Of a DNA stretch of 64,000 nucleotides, positions 16,462-26,510 are shown in pieces (positions within the stretch are counted from its first letter, which is position 1; every line of letters begins with the position of its first letter). The notes beneath the pieces were generated by a model. It made no database searches. It saw nothing but the letters and a program-made list of their open reading frames with translations, and was not told where the DNA came from. Source of the stretch: Chloroflexota bacterium (lineage in GTDB: Bacteria > Chloroflexota > Dehalococcoidia > Bin125); NCBI GenBank assembly GCA_028873865.1, contig JAPPNI010000028.1, positions 14,598 to 78,597 of the forward strand. The letters run 5' to 3'. A program made the translations under genes and the position numbers.

Positions 16462-19400
16462 TCAGGAGTTTGTTTGAGGAATCTGATCCAGGCGGACCGA
16501 GAGCAACCGGCTGACACCGGCGGCGCCCATCGTGACGCCGTAGATGCCGTCCGCCTGCTCGATCGTGCGTCGATTGTGCGTGATGATCACGAACTGCGTC
16601 TGCCCGGCTCGTTCCTTCAGGGCGGTGACAAACCGCTCGACGTTGGCCTCGTCCAGCGCCGCGTCGACTTCGTCGAGGATGCAGAACGGCGCCGGCCGAA
16701 CCTCCAGCAAGGCGAAGAGCAGCGCAATCGCTGTCAAGGCACGCTCTCCGCCGGAGAGCAGACCTAACGTCGACACCCGCTTGCCAGGCGGTTGAGCACG
16801 GATGTCAACTCCCAGACTCCCACGCTCGGTGGCGGACTCCGAGTCTTCACCTTCGGTCGACGAATCGTCGGTGAGCACCAACTCTGCCTGTCCGCCTCTG
16901 AACATCAGCTGGAAGTAGTGCCGGAACGCCCTGTCCACCTGATTGCAGGCTTCACGGAACTTTCGCTCGATCATCGTTTCCAGGTCATGCTCCGCCTGGC
17001 GCAGCGCCGATTCCGTCGACTCCAGGTCGGAGATTTGCGTCTCCATCTGCTGCCAGCGCTCCTGCTCGGAGGCATACTCCTGGACTGAACCTGGATCGAC
17101 CGGACCCAAGCGTTGCAGTTTGGCCTGAATCTCGTCGACCGCTTGCTTCAGCACGGCGACGGGCGGATCTGCGACCGCCACAGCGACTCCGCCGAGGTGC
17201 GATTCTCCTGTCGAGCCGTTACGGATGTGACCGGCCGCGCCATTGCCGCCGTTGAGTTGCATGATCGGCTGCGACGAGGCACCAGCTGCGTGAATCGATA
17301 TTCCCTCTGAGGCGGCTTCGGCGGCCAACCGGGCGCGAGCCGACTCTGACTCGCGCAGGGCCGCAGAGGCCTCGACATCGCGGCGTTCAGCCGCGAGCCT
17401 CGTCTGCTGAGCCTGTTCCAACTCGCGAGCTGCAGTCGCCCGGCGCTGTTCCAGAATCTCCAGATGTTCGGTGGCCAGCTGATGGGTACCTGTGTCGGAT
17501 GCCGTCGCCTGCGCAACCTCAAGCAGCGGTTCCCGCTCGCGAATCGCCGCCTCCACAGCTTCGAGTTCTCTCCGTAGCGAGAACAAGCGAGCCCGATCGG
17601 CGCGAGCGCGATCGTGGGCGGCCGCCTGCGCGCGCGCTTCGGCCAATTCGACGGCGCAGCGATCTCGTTCGCGCTCAAGCCGCGAGATATCGGTCGATGT
17701 ATCCGGTGACGAATCGCTCAATAGCTGAGCCGACTTGCGTTCGGCCTGTCTTGCCTGGCGGAGCCCTGTGCGGAGCGTTTGGCTCTCTCTCCCGTCCGAG
17801 CGCTGCTGCGCGAGGGAAGTCGCGCGCCGGCGAAGAACCTCTTCGTGCGCGATCCGGCGTTCGTCGACTGCGACCCGCAGCGATTCCACCCTCGCCTCAG
17901 CGTCCAACCGAGCCCGTTCCAGTACCTCGACCTCTCGCTGTTCGCTGTCGGCCTCCGCCAGTTCTTGTAGCTCGGCGGTGAGCCGGGTCCGCTCGGATCT
18001 CAGCTCCGACAGATGCTCCTGCTGCCTCCTGAGGCCTGGTCGCGAACCGCCGGCCTGCACGACGCCATCCGGGCGAACGATGATCCCCGAAGCTGTGACC
18101 GCAGTCCGTCCTGCCTCGGCGACGGCCCTGGCAGCTTCGATGTCGTCGACGAACTCGACATCACCGAGCATCGAGGCGATCAGTTCCTGCGCCTGCGTGC
18201 GGACCAGTGCCGTGACCCTCCCGGCATCGGCCTCGAGGCTCTCGCAGACGCTCGCGATGGCCGCGTCGAGATCGTGATGTAGCTCGGCGTCCATCAGCTC
18301 GCCAAAGATGGCCTCGGCCCGGATTGGGTCTTCGATGGTCGATCTCACGAGGCTGCGCAGGTTGTCAGAGGCCTGGTCGTTCTGCTCCAGGACAGCGAGC
18401 TGCCGCTCGACATCAGCGACGCGACGCTCGAGCTTGCCTCGCTCCGCGGCGCGTGACTCCTGGGCCTCTCGAACCTCCAGCAGCTGACGTTGAGCATCTC
18501 TTGCATCGGCTTCGGCCCGCTGGAGTGCCGTTTGAGCCCCCTCATACGCTTCGCTCGCGATTCGTTCGTCACGATTCGACTGCGATAGATATTCGGCTGT
18601 CGCCTTCCAGCGTCTTGCGAGCCTGGTCGCCCGTGTTCGTATGTCGGCGATCTCGGCCAACGACCGTTCGTGTTGCGTCAGGACTCGGGTGCGCTCGCGC
18701 TCCATGTTCGCGCGCTCGCTTCGGGCAGCATCCAGTTCGCGGTCGGCGTCGGAGAGCGCTCGCCTGGCCGATTCGAGATCCGGAGTTGCCGAGTCGTGCC
18801 TGCTGGTCGGGAGCTGCGTGCTCAGCGCCTCAACCTCTCGGCTCAACCAGGATCGCTGTTGTTGATCGAGTTCCTGCTGGTGTTCTAGGCTGCGAAGCTC
18901 TGAGCGGGCGGTGCGGATCGCTTCGGCTGCCGTCTCAACAGTTCGACGCGCGACCGCGGTCTCTCGTTCGACGACGGCCAGTGCATCGGTCGCCGCCTCT
19001 TGACGCTGTTCCGTACCTGCCCGGGCGATGGCGGCGGAATTGGCGGCCTGGTGCCGGCGCAGGATTTGCGCTTCAACCTCGGCTGCCGCCACGCGGAAAT
19101 AGTCGCGCTGGGCCTCCCCGAGCTGGCCCTGCAGGTCGGCGAGGCGGCGGGCACGACGTGCGGAGCGTTCAAGGGTCTTGAGCCTCGGCGCCAGTTCGTC
19201 GCGCAGAAGGCGCGCGCGCGAGAGATGCTCCTGGGCTCGTTGCCGACGGCGGCGAGATTCCTCCATCTGATGACGATGCTGCCGCACACCGCCGACCTCT
19301 TCAATTGCCTGCCGGCGTTCGTGAGGGCGCAGGCGCAGCATCTCGTCAACCAGGCCCTGACTCATCAGCGCGAAGCCGCCGGCGCCCAACCCACTACTCC

Positions 19401-19785
19401 GGAACAGATCCTGCACATCACGTAGACGCGCCGTTCTGCCGTTGACGCGCACTTCCGACTGTCCGTCGCGATGTACGCGACGCACGATCTCGACCTCGGC
19501 AGCGTCGAGACCGAGCCATTGATCGGCGTTATCGAGCTGGACGCGAACCTCTGCAAAGCCACTCGGCGCGCGATCCCGGCCGCCGGAAAAAACGACATCT
19601 TCGGCGCGTTTGGTTCGCAGCGTGCGGCCGGAGCCCGCGCCAATCGCCCAGCGCAGCGCATCCATGACGTTCGATTTGCCTGAGCCGTTGGGGCCGACGA
19701 TTGCCGTGACCGGGGCGTCAAACTGCAACGCCGTCCGCGCCGCGAACGACTTGTAGCCGTGCAGCTCGACTGCTCGCAGACGCAT
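16462..19785 (-). CDS. smc: Chromosome segregation protein SMC
   Basis: Walker A GPNGSGKSN, Q-loop SQG, coiled coils, signature LSGGE, Walker B/D-loop ILDEVDAALD, ITHN. Confidence 0.95.
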   Translation of the reverse strand: MRLRAVELHGYKSFAARTALQFDAPVTAIVGPNGSGKSNVMDALRWAIGAGSGRTLRTKRAEDVVFSGGRDRAPSGFAEVRVQLDNADQWLGLDAAEVEIVRRVHRDGQSEVRVNGRTARLRDVQDLFRSSGLGAGGFALMSQGLVDEMLRLRPHERRQAIEEVGGVRQHRHQMEESRRRRQRAQEHLSRARLLRDELAPRLKTLERSARRARRLADLQGQLGEAQRDYFRVAAAEVEAQILRRHQAANSAAIARAGTEQRQEAATDALAVVERETAVARRTVETAAEAIRTARSELRSLEHQQELDQQQRSWLSREVEALSTQLPTSRHDSATPDLESARRALSDADRELDAARSERANMERERTRVLTQHERSLAEIADIRTRATRLARRWKATAEYLSQSNRDERIASEAYEGAQTALQRAEADARDAQRQLLEVREAQESRAAERGKLERRVADVERQLAVLEQNDQASDNLRSLVRSTIEDPIRAEAIFGELMDAELHHDLDAAIASVCESLEADAGRVTALVRTQAQELIASMLGDVEFVDDIEAARAVAEAGRTAVTASGIIVRPDGVVQAGGSRPGLRRQQEHLSELRSERTRLTAELQELAEADSEQREVEVLERARLDAEARVESLRVAVDERRIAHEEVLRRRATSLAQQRSDGRESQTLRTGLRQARQAERKSAQLLSDSSPDTSTDISRLERERDRCAVELAEARAQAAAHDRARADRARLFSLRRELEAVEAAIREREPLLEVAQATASDTGTHQLATEHLEILEQRRATAARELEQAQQTRLAAERRDVEASAALRESESARARLAAEAASEGISIHAAGASSQPIMQLNGGNGAAGHIRNGSTGESHLGGVAVAVADPPVAVLKQAVDEIQAKLQRLGPVDPGSVQEYASEQERWQQMETQISDLESTESALRQAEHDLETMIERKFREACNQVDRAFRHYFQLMFRGGQAELVLTDDSSTEGEDSESATERGSLGVDIRAQPPGKRVSTLGLLSGGERALTAIALLFALLEVRPAPFCILDEVDAALDEANVERFVTALKERAGQTQFVIITHNRRTIEQADGIYGVTMGAAGVSRLLSVRLDQIPQTNS

Positions 19786-20498
19786 CAGGACGGGTCTCTC
19801 ATGAGCGACGCCAGGGCTCGGTTGGCGGCCTCCATTTCGGCCGCCTGTTTGCTTCGTCCTTCTCCCTCCGCCAGAGCAATTCCATCCACCTCCACCACCG
19901 CGCGGAACAACCGGTCATGCGGCGGGCCGCACTCTTCGACGATCGAATAGCTCGGCTTGGCGCCGTTCCGCGATTGGGTCAGATGTTGCAGCTGAGATTT
20001 CGGGTCTGCCTGGACCTCTTCGGCAGTGAGCAGGGCAAAATTCTGCTGCAAGAGTCGAAGGATGACACCGCGGGCGGCATCCTCACCACCGTCAATCCAG
20101 ACCGCGCCGAAGGTGGCCTCGAGCGCCCGGCTGAGCACCGAGTGTCGTTCTCTGGCGCCGTCGTTGGCTATCCCGGCCCCTAACAGCAGGCACTCTCCCA
20201 GACCGAGTTGCCTGCCGATCTCGCCGAGCGCCTCGTTGCGCACGAGTTGCGAGCGGGCAACGGTCATCCAACCCTCCCCGGCATTGGGAAAGTCGGTGTA
20301 GAGCCGTTCTGCGACGACTGCACCCAGCACAGCGTCCCCGAGAAACTCCAGCCGCTCATTCGACTCTAGACCGGGTTCGGTCGCCTCGTTGAGGTAGGAC
20401 CGATGCACCATCGCCTGTCGCAATACGGCGATGTCCGCGAAGCGATACTGAAGCCGCTGCTGAAGCCGCTCAAGAGCCTGGTCCGCCGAGACGCACAT
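19785..20498 (-). CDS. rnc: Ribonuclease III
   Basis: NERLEFLGDAVLG signature and C-terminal dsRBD (G.SKQ.AE..AA). Confidence 0.96.
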   Translation of the reverse strand: MCVSADQALERLQQRLQYRFADIAVLRQAMVHRSYLNEATEPGLESNERLEFLGDAVLGAVVAERLYTDFPNAGEGWMTVARSQLVRNEALGEIGRQLGLGECLLLGAGIANDGARERHSVLSRALEATFGAVWIDGGEDAARGVILRLLQQNFALLTAEEVQADPKSQLQHLTQSRNGAKPSYSIVEECGPPHDRLFRAVVEVDGIALAEGEGRSKQAAEMEAANRALASLMRDPS

Positions 20499-20590
20499 AT
20501 CCTGGTCAGCTTCTTCAGGTGATCAATTGCAGCGGAAGACCCGCAAGCATGACTTCACCAACGCGTACGGTGGAGGCGAAGGGCGTCGCG

Positions 20591-21859
20591 ATGAGTACCG
20601 TGCGGTCCATCAGCAGCGGAAATCTCCTCGATCAACTGTTCCGTACCGTCCGCCGTCGCTCAGAAGCGGCGGAATCGCTGCTACATACGTTATGTCATTT
20701 TGCTGCTGGAGAGGAGGTCCAGCTGTTCGCTGTCGGCGGTCTGGTCCGCGACATCCTGTCCACTCACCAGTCGCTTCCGGTCTCACCGCTTGACATCGAC
20801 CTGGCAATCGACGGTGATCCTGCGCCGTTTCATGCGGCGCTGGCATCGGTGGCTACCTCCCAACCAACGATTCACGACCGCTTCGGCACGGCCAGTGTGT
20901 CGCTGGCCGATGGCAGCCATATTGATCTCGCACGCACCAGGAGTGAGCGTTATCCGGCTCCCGGTGCCCTGCCGATTGTGGCTCCTGCGCCCATCGAGGT
21001 CGATCTTGGACGCCGCGATTTCACGGTGAATGCAGCCGCCCTGGCGCTCACCGGCTCGCGCCGCGGAGACTTGATTGATCCGCATGACGCTCTTGGTGAC
21101 CTGGAGCAGAGGATGATCCGGAGCCTGCACCGTGACTCGTTCCGGGACGATCCCACTCGACTGATTCGTGCGGCCCGATACGCCGCTCGAATTGAGGGGA
21201 CGATTGAGCGCCCGACCCTGGCGGACGCCAGGCGCGATCGAGCGAACCTGGCAGCGGTGAGTCCGGCGAGGTTCGGTGACGCGTGGCGTTTGCTGCTCCG
21301 CGAGGAAGACCCGCGCGCTGCCCTGGCCTTTGCGAGGCGATTGCGAATCTCCGAGTCTCGAGAGCCGCGCTGGAAGGTGCCAAAATCTGCCTTGCTCGCG
21401 TCGGACAAACCCGAGCAGTTCTGGGCGGCGATCGGACTGCTCAATCGCGACCCGGAGATTGTTTCCTGGTTGCCGAAGTCAGTGGGAATGCAGCGACGTG
21501 AACGCTTAGCGCTTGAAGCGGGAGCCGGTCTGCGACGGGCACGGCGCAGCATCGGCGCTATGAGGCGGCAGTCCGCAATCGCTCGCGCGCTGGGTCGAAT
21601 CCCCGATTCCGCGCTTCAGGCGGCCGGTGTCATTTGGACGGGTGCGGCAGGAACTGCGATCTCCTGTTACCTGCAACGGCGTCCGAGTATTGGATCTCCA
21701 ATCTCCGCTCAGCGGCTCGGGGAGCTTGGCGTGGAACGCGGTCCCAGGATTGGTCACTGGCTTACAGAGATCGAGGCTGCCATCTGGGATGGCGAATTGG
21801 ACCCGGATGATTCGTCGTCTGTTGCGCGGATGGAACAACGGATACGCTTGTCGCGATGA
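20591..21859 (+). CDS. cca: tRNA nucleotidyltransferase (CCA-adding)/poly(A) polymerase family
   Basis: VGGLVRD, DIDL, ARTRSERY, RRDFTVNA, DDPTRLIRAARY. ATG at 20591 is preferred. Confidence 0.85.
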   Translation: MSTVRSISSGNLLDQLFRTVRRRSEAAESLLHTLCHFAAGEEVQLFAVGGLVRDILSTHQSLPVSPLDIDLAIDGDPAPFHAALASVATSQPTIHDRFGTASVSLADGSHIDLARTRSERYPAPGALPIVAPAPIEVDLGRRDFTVNAAALALTGSRRGDLIDPHDALGDLEQRMIRSLHRDSFRDDPTRLIRAARYAARIEGTIERPTLADARRDRANLAAVSPARFGDAWRLLLREEDPRAALAFARRLRISESREPRWKVPKSALLASDKPEQFWAAIGLLNRDPEIVSWLPKSVGMQRRERLALEAGAGLRRARRSIGAMRRQSAIARALGRIPDSALQAAGVIWTGAAGTAISCYLQRRPSIGSPISAQRLGELGVERGPRIGHWLTEIEAAIWDGELDPDDSSSVARMEQRIRLSR

Positions 21860-22170
21860 GTACCGATGCCTCCGTTGCCGAAGACACGTGGCCGTGTTCG
21901 GTCTGCGGCGAGCCGGCGACGCCTGATGCGCGCTCCGACTGCTACCGCTGCGGCGAGTATTTTCACCTGCGCCTGACGACCACTGCGACCGGACGGGATT
22001 GCGGCGATGTGTGGATCGATGATGAGGTGATGGCCCTGCAGTTTGCCTGCCGAACCTGTTTGGACGAGCAGATGGGCGAGCCGCCTCCGGACGATCAACC
22101 AGAGAGACCGAAGGCTCGGAAGGCGTCCGGCGGCGAGTCGGCTCGCGACCTGGCCCGGCGGAGACGCTGA
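21856..22170 (+). CDS. Small Zn-finger protein with C4-H-C3 (PHD-like) ligand order
   Basis: CSVC-x11-CYRC-x4-H-x11-C-x15-CRTC; overlaps the cca stop. Confidence 0.6.
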   Translation: MSTDASVAEDTWPCSVCGEPATPDARSDCYRCGEYFHLRLTTTATGRDCGDVWIDDEVMALQFACRTCLDEQMGEPPPDDQPERPKARKASGGESARDLARRRR

Positions 22171-22171
22171 C

Positions 22172-22468
22172 GTGCCGAGGCAGAGGCCGCGGAGGCGTCG
22201 CAGGCGAGGGGCGGCTGCGGGAGCTCCGATAACGACGCCTGCCGAGGAGATGGAATTCGAACGGGTGGAGCAGCCGCGTCGCCGCGGACTGCCGACCGCC
22301 GGCGTTGTGGCGGCGATGGGTCTCGGCATCTGGCTTGGCTGGACCTTCACCAGCATCGGAGGCACGGCTGAGCAGATCGCGCTCTGGGTGGGCGTGCTGA
22401 TGGCGGGGCTTGGAGGCGGACGACTGTTTCGCCGGGCGCTGCAGGCGCGATGGAATCGACGGCGTTAG
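22172..22468 (+). CDS. Small membrane protein with Arg-rich N-terminus
   Basis: In-frame GTG right after the upstream stop; two hydrophobic helices. Confidence 0.5.
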   Translation: MPRQRPRRRRRRGAAAGAPITTPAEEMEFERVEQPRRRGLPTAGVVAAMGLGIWLGWTFTSIGGTAEQIALWVGVLMAGLGGGRLFRRALQARWNRRR

Positions 22469-22884
22469 TCGCGGGTGAGGTTGACGCCGCTGCCCTGCAC
22501 GGAGTCGAGTCGAATGATGACGGCGATCCCAGTTCGCTCCATGTCCCGGGATTTCTCGAGGTCGTGCTGACCTTCCCAGATCTGATCGCGTTCGGCCGGG
22601 TCGGTCGTCACGGCGGCCCGGCCTCGGAAAATGAAGAACTTTCTCGCCGGCATGTTCGTGTACATCAGCGCGACGCCGGGGTTTTCCGCTATTGCGTTGA
22701 GCGTTGAGGACGGCTCGCCGCGCACCCAGATGGCGAGCGCGTCGTCGCCGAATGTCTGGGTGCTGCCGCGGAAACTGACCACCGGCTGCGAATCGGAATC
22801 GACCGCGACCATGCACATGGGAAAACCCTCGTCGAGCGCGCCGTTGACGCGGTCGCGGACTTCGTCGGGAAGGACCAGGGACAT
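22465..22884 (-). CDS. Pyridoxamine 5'-phosphate oxidase-like FMN-binding split-barrel protein
   Basis: Pattern 'P.VSFRGS......L..W.R......I..NP.V.L' with a C-terminal beta strand. Confidence 0.75.
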   Translation of the reverse strand: MSLVLPDEVRDRVNGALDEGFPMCMVAVDSDSQPVVSFRGSTQTFGDDALAIWVRGEPSSTLNAIAENPGVALMYTNMPARKFFIFRGRAAVTTDPAERDQIWEGQHDLEKSRDMERTGIAVIIRLDSVQGSGVNLTRD

Positions 22885-22887
22885 GAA

Positions 22888-23439
22888 CTACTCCTCGGCG
22901 TGCAACGGAAGGTCTGAGCGGTCTGGTTCGAGCGGGCGCCGCATCCAGAGCGCGTCCGGCGCCACGCCATCGGGCCAATCGGTGGAACGAAGCGTCACCG
23001 ACCGAAGCGGCGTGTAGCCCAAGCGTAGCCAGAAGTAGAGCGCCACTCCATTGTCGGGAGGCAGGGGCGTGAGTGCGATCGACGCACCGGCCTCTCGGGC
23101 GGCGCGTTCGAGCAATGGGACAGACGCGCCGCCATAGCCGTAGGCCCGCCAGCGGGCGTCGATGGCCAGCCAGGTCCAGACCGCGGCTTTCGAGGCGACC
23201 GGGCTGTTCAGATCGGCCAACCGGCTGCAGAGCGCTCCGACGACCTGGCCGTCGCCGATGATCCACCAACCCTGGTCACCGTCGTTCAGCCGATCCTGCA
23301 GCCGGCAGGGGTCGGCCCGGCCGGCGATTGCCTGGGCCGCTTCCTCCAACCAGTCGGCCTCGATCGCGTCGCCGTCGAAACGGCGGATCGTGGCTCGATC
23401 GCCTTCGACAACGCTGGGCCAGCGAATCGGACTGCTCAC
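22888..23439 (-). CDS. GNAT-family acetyltransferase
   Basis: Motif A 'LAIDARWRAYGYG' and motif B 'N..AL.FW.RLGY'. Confidence 0.75.
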   Translation of the reverse strand: MSSPIRWPSVVEGDRATIRRFDGDAIEADWLEEAAQAIAGRADPCRLQDRLNDGDQGWWIIGDGQVVGALCSRLADLNSPVASKAAVWTWLAIDARWRAYGYGGASVPLLERAAREAGASIALTPLPPDNGVALYFWLRLGYTPLRSVTLRSTDWPDGVAPDALWMRRPLEPDRSDLPLHAEE

Positions 23440-26210
23440 CTGGATCCGCCGATCGGCGGGAGAAACCCGCGCACGTCCTCGGCGACAGCGCCGAGGGGTT
23501 TGCGGATGACCGGAGCGGGGGGAAGCGCATCGAGAAAGTGTCGTCCGTAGCGGCGATTGACGATGCGTCCGTCGAGGATGACCGCTGCTCCGAGATCGGA
23601 CTGGGTGCGGATCAATCGGCCGATTCCCTGGCGAAACTGGAGCAAGGCGGCCGGCAGGGAAAACTCCATGAACTCATTGTCGTACTGCTCGCCGCGGGCC
23701 TTGAGCACCGGATCGTTCGGAGGCGCGAATGGCAATCTGGTCATGACCAACAGCGACAGCGCATCTCCGGGGATGTCGACGCCGGTCCAGAGCGCCGCAA
23801 CGCCGAAGGCGACCGATTTCGGATCATTGCGCAGCGCCTCGACGACCGAGGCCGCCGAACCGTCACGACCCTGACGCAGCAGCACGAGGCCAGCCGATTC
23901 GAGCTCTTCCCTGATGCGCCTCGTCACCTGATTCATGGCGCTGTAGGAACGGAAGAGGACCATGGTGCGGCCACCGGCGGCGATTGCGAGGGTCTTGATT
24001 GCATTTGCCGCAGACTGATTGTGGTCGTTGCTGTCCGCGTCGAGGATGTCGGTAGGCAGATAGATTCGGCAGCGGCGCTCGTAATCGAACGGGGAGCCGT
24101 ATTGCGATTCGGCCGCGTCTTCGATTCCCAGGCGCTCGCGCAGGTACTCGAAGGTTGAGCTCTCCTGGGCGCTGGTCGCCAGGGTCGCACCGGTGAGGAT
24201 GGCTGCATGGCGTTCGTTCCAGAGCGGCTGCAGGTGCGAGGCGACGCTGAGCGGGGCGGCGTGAAGGGTTGCGGCACCGCTGCGGCGATTCTCTCTGGCC
24301 ACCCAGGCGATCTCGTCGCTGGAGTATTCGGTGACTGCCCGGGCAAGGTGGCGTCCTCGCTCGGTCAGATCGCCGAGGACGATCTGCGCTTCGCCGATCA
24401 ATGACTGCAGGTCCCGCTCGTCGTCGGCGTGAGCGTCCGCCGCCTTCGCGGCGCATTCCCGCGCCAGATCGTCTATCGCCTCCGTCAACTGGCCCAGGTG
24501 CGCCTGGGTATCCTCCCAGGTGAGTTCGAGTTCCGACCACGCCCTTGTGCCGCGCGCGCCCTGGGTCAGGGGCACACGGTCCTCGTTGCCTCGCTGATCC
24601 TCTGAGTACTCGGAGGCGAAGGCGGCGATCTGGTCGAACAGCTCCTGCAGTGACTTCTCAGATTGCGCGGCTCGCTGCTTGAGCAGGCCGGATTCGGTTG
24701 CGAAGCCTCGTTTCTCGGCCTGGGCGGCGAGCGAGCCGGAGCCCTCGGCACCGCGCCGTACCGACTCCAGCATCCAGGACTCGTTCATTTCCAACGAGAG
24801 TTGTCCGGTTGCGACGTCTTCCAGCGCGTGGGACTCGTCGATGATGACCACCGCGGCGTCGGGCAGGGTGACGGCGCCGCTGGTGAGCGACCGGACGAGC
24901 AGGGCATGGTTGGCGATTATGACGTGGGAGCTTGCGGCCTGGCGCTGGACCCTGAGCAGGAAACAGGTGCCGTTCATCGCGTATTCGCAGTTTCGGTCGG
25001 AGAGGCAGGCGGTGTCTCTGGCCGAGAGCTTCTCCCATGAACGCTGCATGGGCGACGCCAGCCTGAGCTCCGCCCGATCGCCGCGCTCCGTGGACGAACG
25101 CCAGACGGCGGCTCGGGCGAGCAGCAGCGGGTCTTCCCAATCGGCCGCTCGCCTCAGTTCGTGGTCGACCTTCTCCTGGCAGAGGTAGTTGTCACGGCCC
25201 TTGACGACGGTTGATCTGAGTTCTTCGGCGGCCCGCTCGGAGACGCCTCGGATCAGCTGGCGGGCGATCTCGATGTCCTGGTGCTCGAGTTGTTGCTGCA
25301 GGTTGATCGTGTGGGTGCTGACGACGACCGGGTTGCCGGTCTTGAGCGCCCACAGGGCGGCCGGGACGAGGTAGGCCAATGACTTTCCGGTACCGGTGCC
25401 GGCCTCGACGATCAGCGTGCCTCCGTGCTGCAGCGCTTCGGCGACGTCGCGGGCCATGTCGAGCTGTTCGGTTCGCTCTTCGAACGATTCTTCAGACATG
25501 GTGGCGAAGGCTCGGGCGGTCAGCTCGGCCAGCGAGCCTGCGGGAAGCTCAACCGGCTCGAGCGGTCGGTTCGGCTCTCGTCGTTTCTCTCGGTCGGCTA
25601 AAAGCGTCCGAGGCGTTTCCAGCGCCCATTCGCGCAGCACTCGGCCCGGGCCCCAGAAGAGGTTGCCCGTGCTGGCCACCTCACTCAATGCGTCGCGGGC
25701 GCTCACGGGCAGCTCTTCGAAGCGATTCCTGAGGCCGAGGAAGACCGCGCGGGCCGCTTCCGCGTCGGCCAGGGCTCGGTGGCCGCCCTGGAGATCCACG
25801 CCGTAGCGCCGGCAGAGATCTCCGAGTCGATGAGAGTCGGCGGCGGGATCGATGATCTGGGCGAGCGGCAGAGTGTCAATCGATGGCGTCGAGGAGACGA
25901 AGCCGTGGATTTCGAGGAATTTCTCGTCGAACTGGACGTTGTGGCCGATCAGGGTTGCGCCGTCCAAGAGGCTTCGAACCTGCTCTTCGATATCGGACCA
26001 CTGCGGGGCATCGGCGAGCATGTCGGGGGTGATGCCGGTCATGCGTTGCACGCGCAGGGGGGGCATCTCCAACGGACGCACGAGGGAACTCCAGCGCTCG
26101 AGGACGCGTTCGGGAGTGCAGCGAACGATGCCGACTTCGATGATTTCGTCGAAGCCGGGTTTGAGACCCGTCATTTCCAGGTCGATGGCGGCGTAGATCT
26201 GGTCGGTCAC
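23436..26210 (-). CDS. dinG: DEDDh 3'-5' exonuclease-DinG helicase fusion
   Basis: Exonuclease motifs IDLEMTG, GHNVQFD, HRALADA; helicase motifs EAGTGTGKS, IIDESH, TGATL, GVDIPG, QGIGRLIR. Confidence 0.93.
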   Translation of the reverse strand: MTDQIYAAIDLEMTGLKPGFDEIIEVGIVRCTPERVLERWSSLVRPLEMPPLRVQRMTGITPDMLADAPQWSDIEEQVRSLLDGATLIGHNVQFDEKFLEIHGFVSSTPSIDTLPLAQIIDPAADSHRLGDLCRRYGVDLQGGHRALADAEAARAVFLGLRNRFEELPVSARDALSEVASTGNLFWGPGRVLREWALETPRTLLADREKRREPNRPLEPVELPAGSLAELTARAFATMSEESFEERTEQLDMARDVAEALQHGGTLIVEAGTGTGKSLAYLVPAALWALKTGNPVVVSTHTINLQQQLEHQDIEIARQLIRGVSERAAEELRSTVVKGRDNYLCQEKVDHELRRAADWEDPLLLARAAVWRSSTERGDRAELRLASPMQRSWEKLSARDTACLSDRNCEYAMNGTCFLLRVQRQAASSHVIIANHALLVRSLTSGAVTLPDAAVVIIDESHALEDVATGQLSLEMNESWMLESVRRGAEGSGSLAAQAEKRGFATESGLLKQRAAQSEKSLQELFDQIAAFASEYSEDQRGNEDRVPLTQGARGTRAWSELELTWEDTQAHLGQLTEAIDDLARECAAKAADAHADDERDLQSLIGEAQIVLGDLTERGRHLARAVTEYSSDEIAWVARENRRSGAATLHAAPLSVASHLQPLWNERHAAILTGATLATSAQESSTFEYLRERLGIEDAAESQYGSPFDYERRCRIYLPTDILDADSNDHNQSAANAIKTLAIAAGGRTMVLFRSYSAMNQVTRRIREELESAGLVLLRQGRDGSAASVVEALRNDPKSVAFGVAALWTGVDIPGDALSLLVMTRLPFAPPNDPVLKARGEQYDNEFMEFSLPAALLQFRQGIGRLIRTQSDLGAAVILDGRIVNRRYGRHFLDALPPAPVIRKPLGAVAEDVRGFLPPIGGSR

Positions 26211-26366
26211 GCCTCACTCACGCCTCATGGAGGAACACGGCGGCGGCGAGCCAGGGCCGATTCAGGATTTGCGGCATCCGCTTTCAGGTTTCAGGTGAAT
26301 TTCTTTTCTGTAGGCGGTCGGCGCGCTGATCTCCTGTGTTTTGCTGGAGATCGTGGCGGAAACGCA

Positions 26367-26402
26367 TTCAGGTTTTTTCAGGTTCTTTCAGCTTTTTTCA
26401 GC
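26367..26402 (-). repeat. Second 10-bp tandem repeat, ~3.5 units (plus strand TTCAGSTTYT)
   Basis: ttcaggtttt ttcaggttct ttcagctttt ttcagc; scattered TTCAGG copies also at 26261-26296. Confidence 0.7.
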
Positions 26403-26420
26403 CGGGAGGACGGCTGCGCT

Positions 26421-26510
26421 GTTCGGTCCTGTTCGATTTTGTACGGATTTGTTCGGATTTGTACGGATTTCGATGGTGTTTGTACGGTATTTGACCGGGT
26501 TTGACCGGCT
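26421..26510 (-). repeat. Imperfect tandem 10-bp repeat, ~9 units, minus-strand consensus CGWACAAATC
   Basis: Plus-strand units: gttcggtcct gttcgatttt gtacggattt gttcggattt gtacggattt cgatggtgttt gtacggtattt gaccgggttt gaccggct. Confidence 0.85.
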
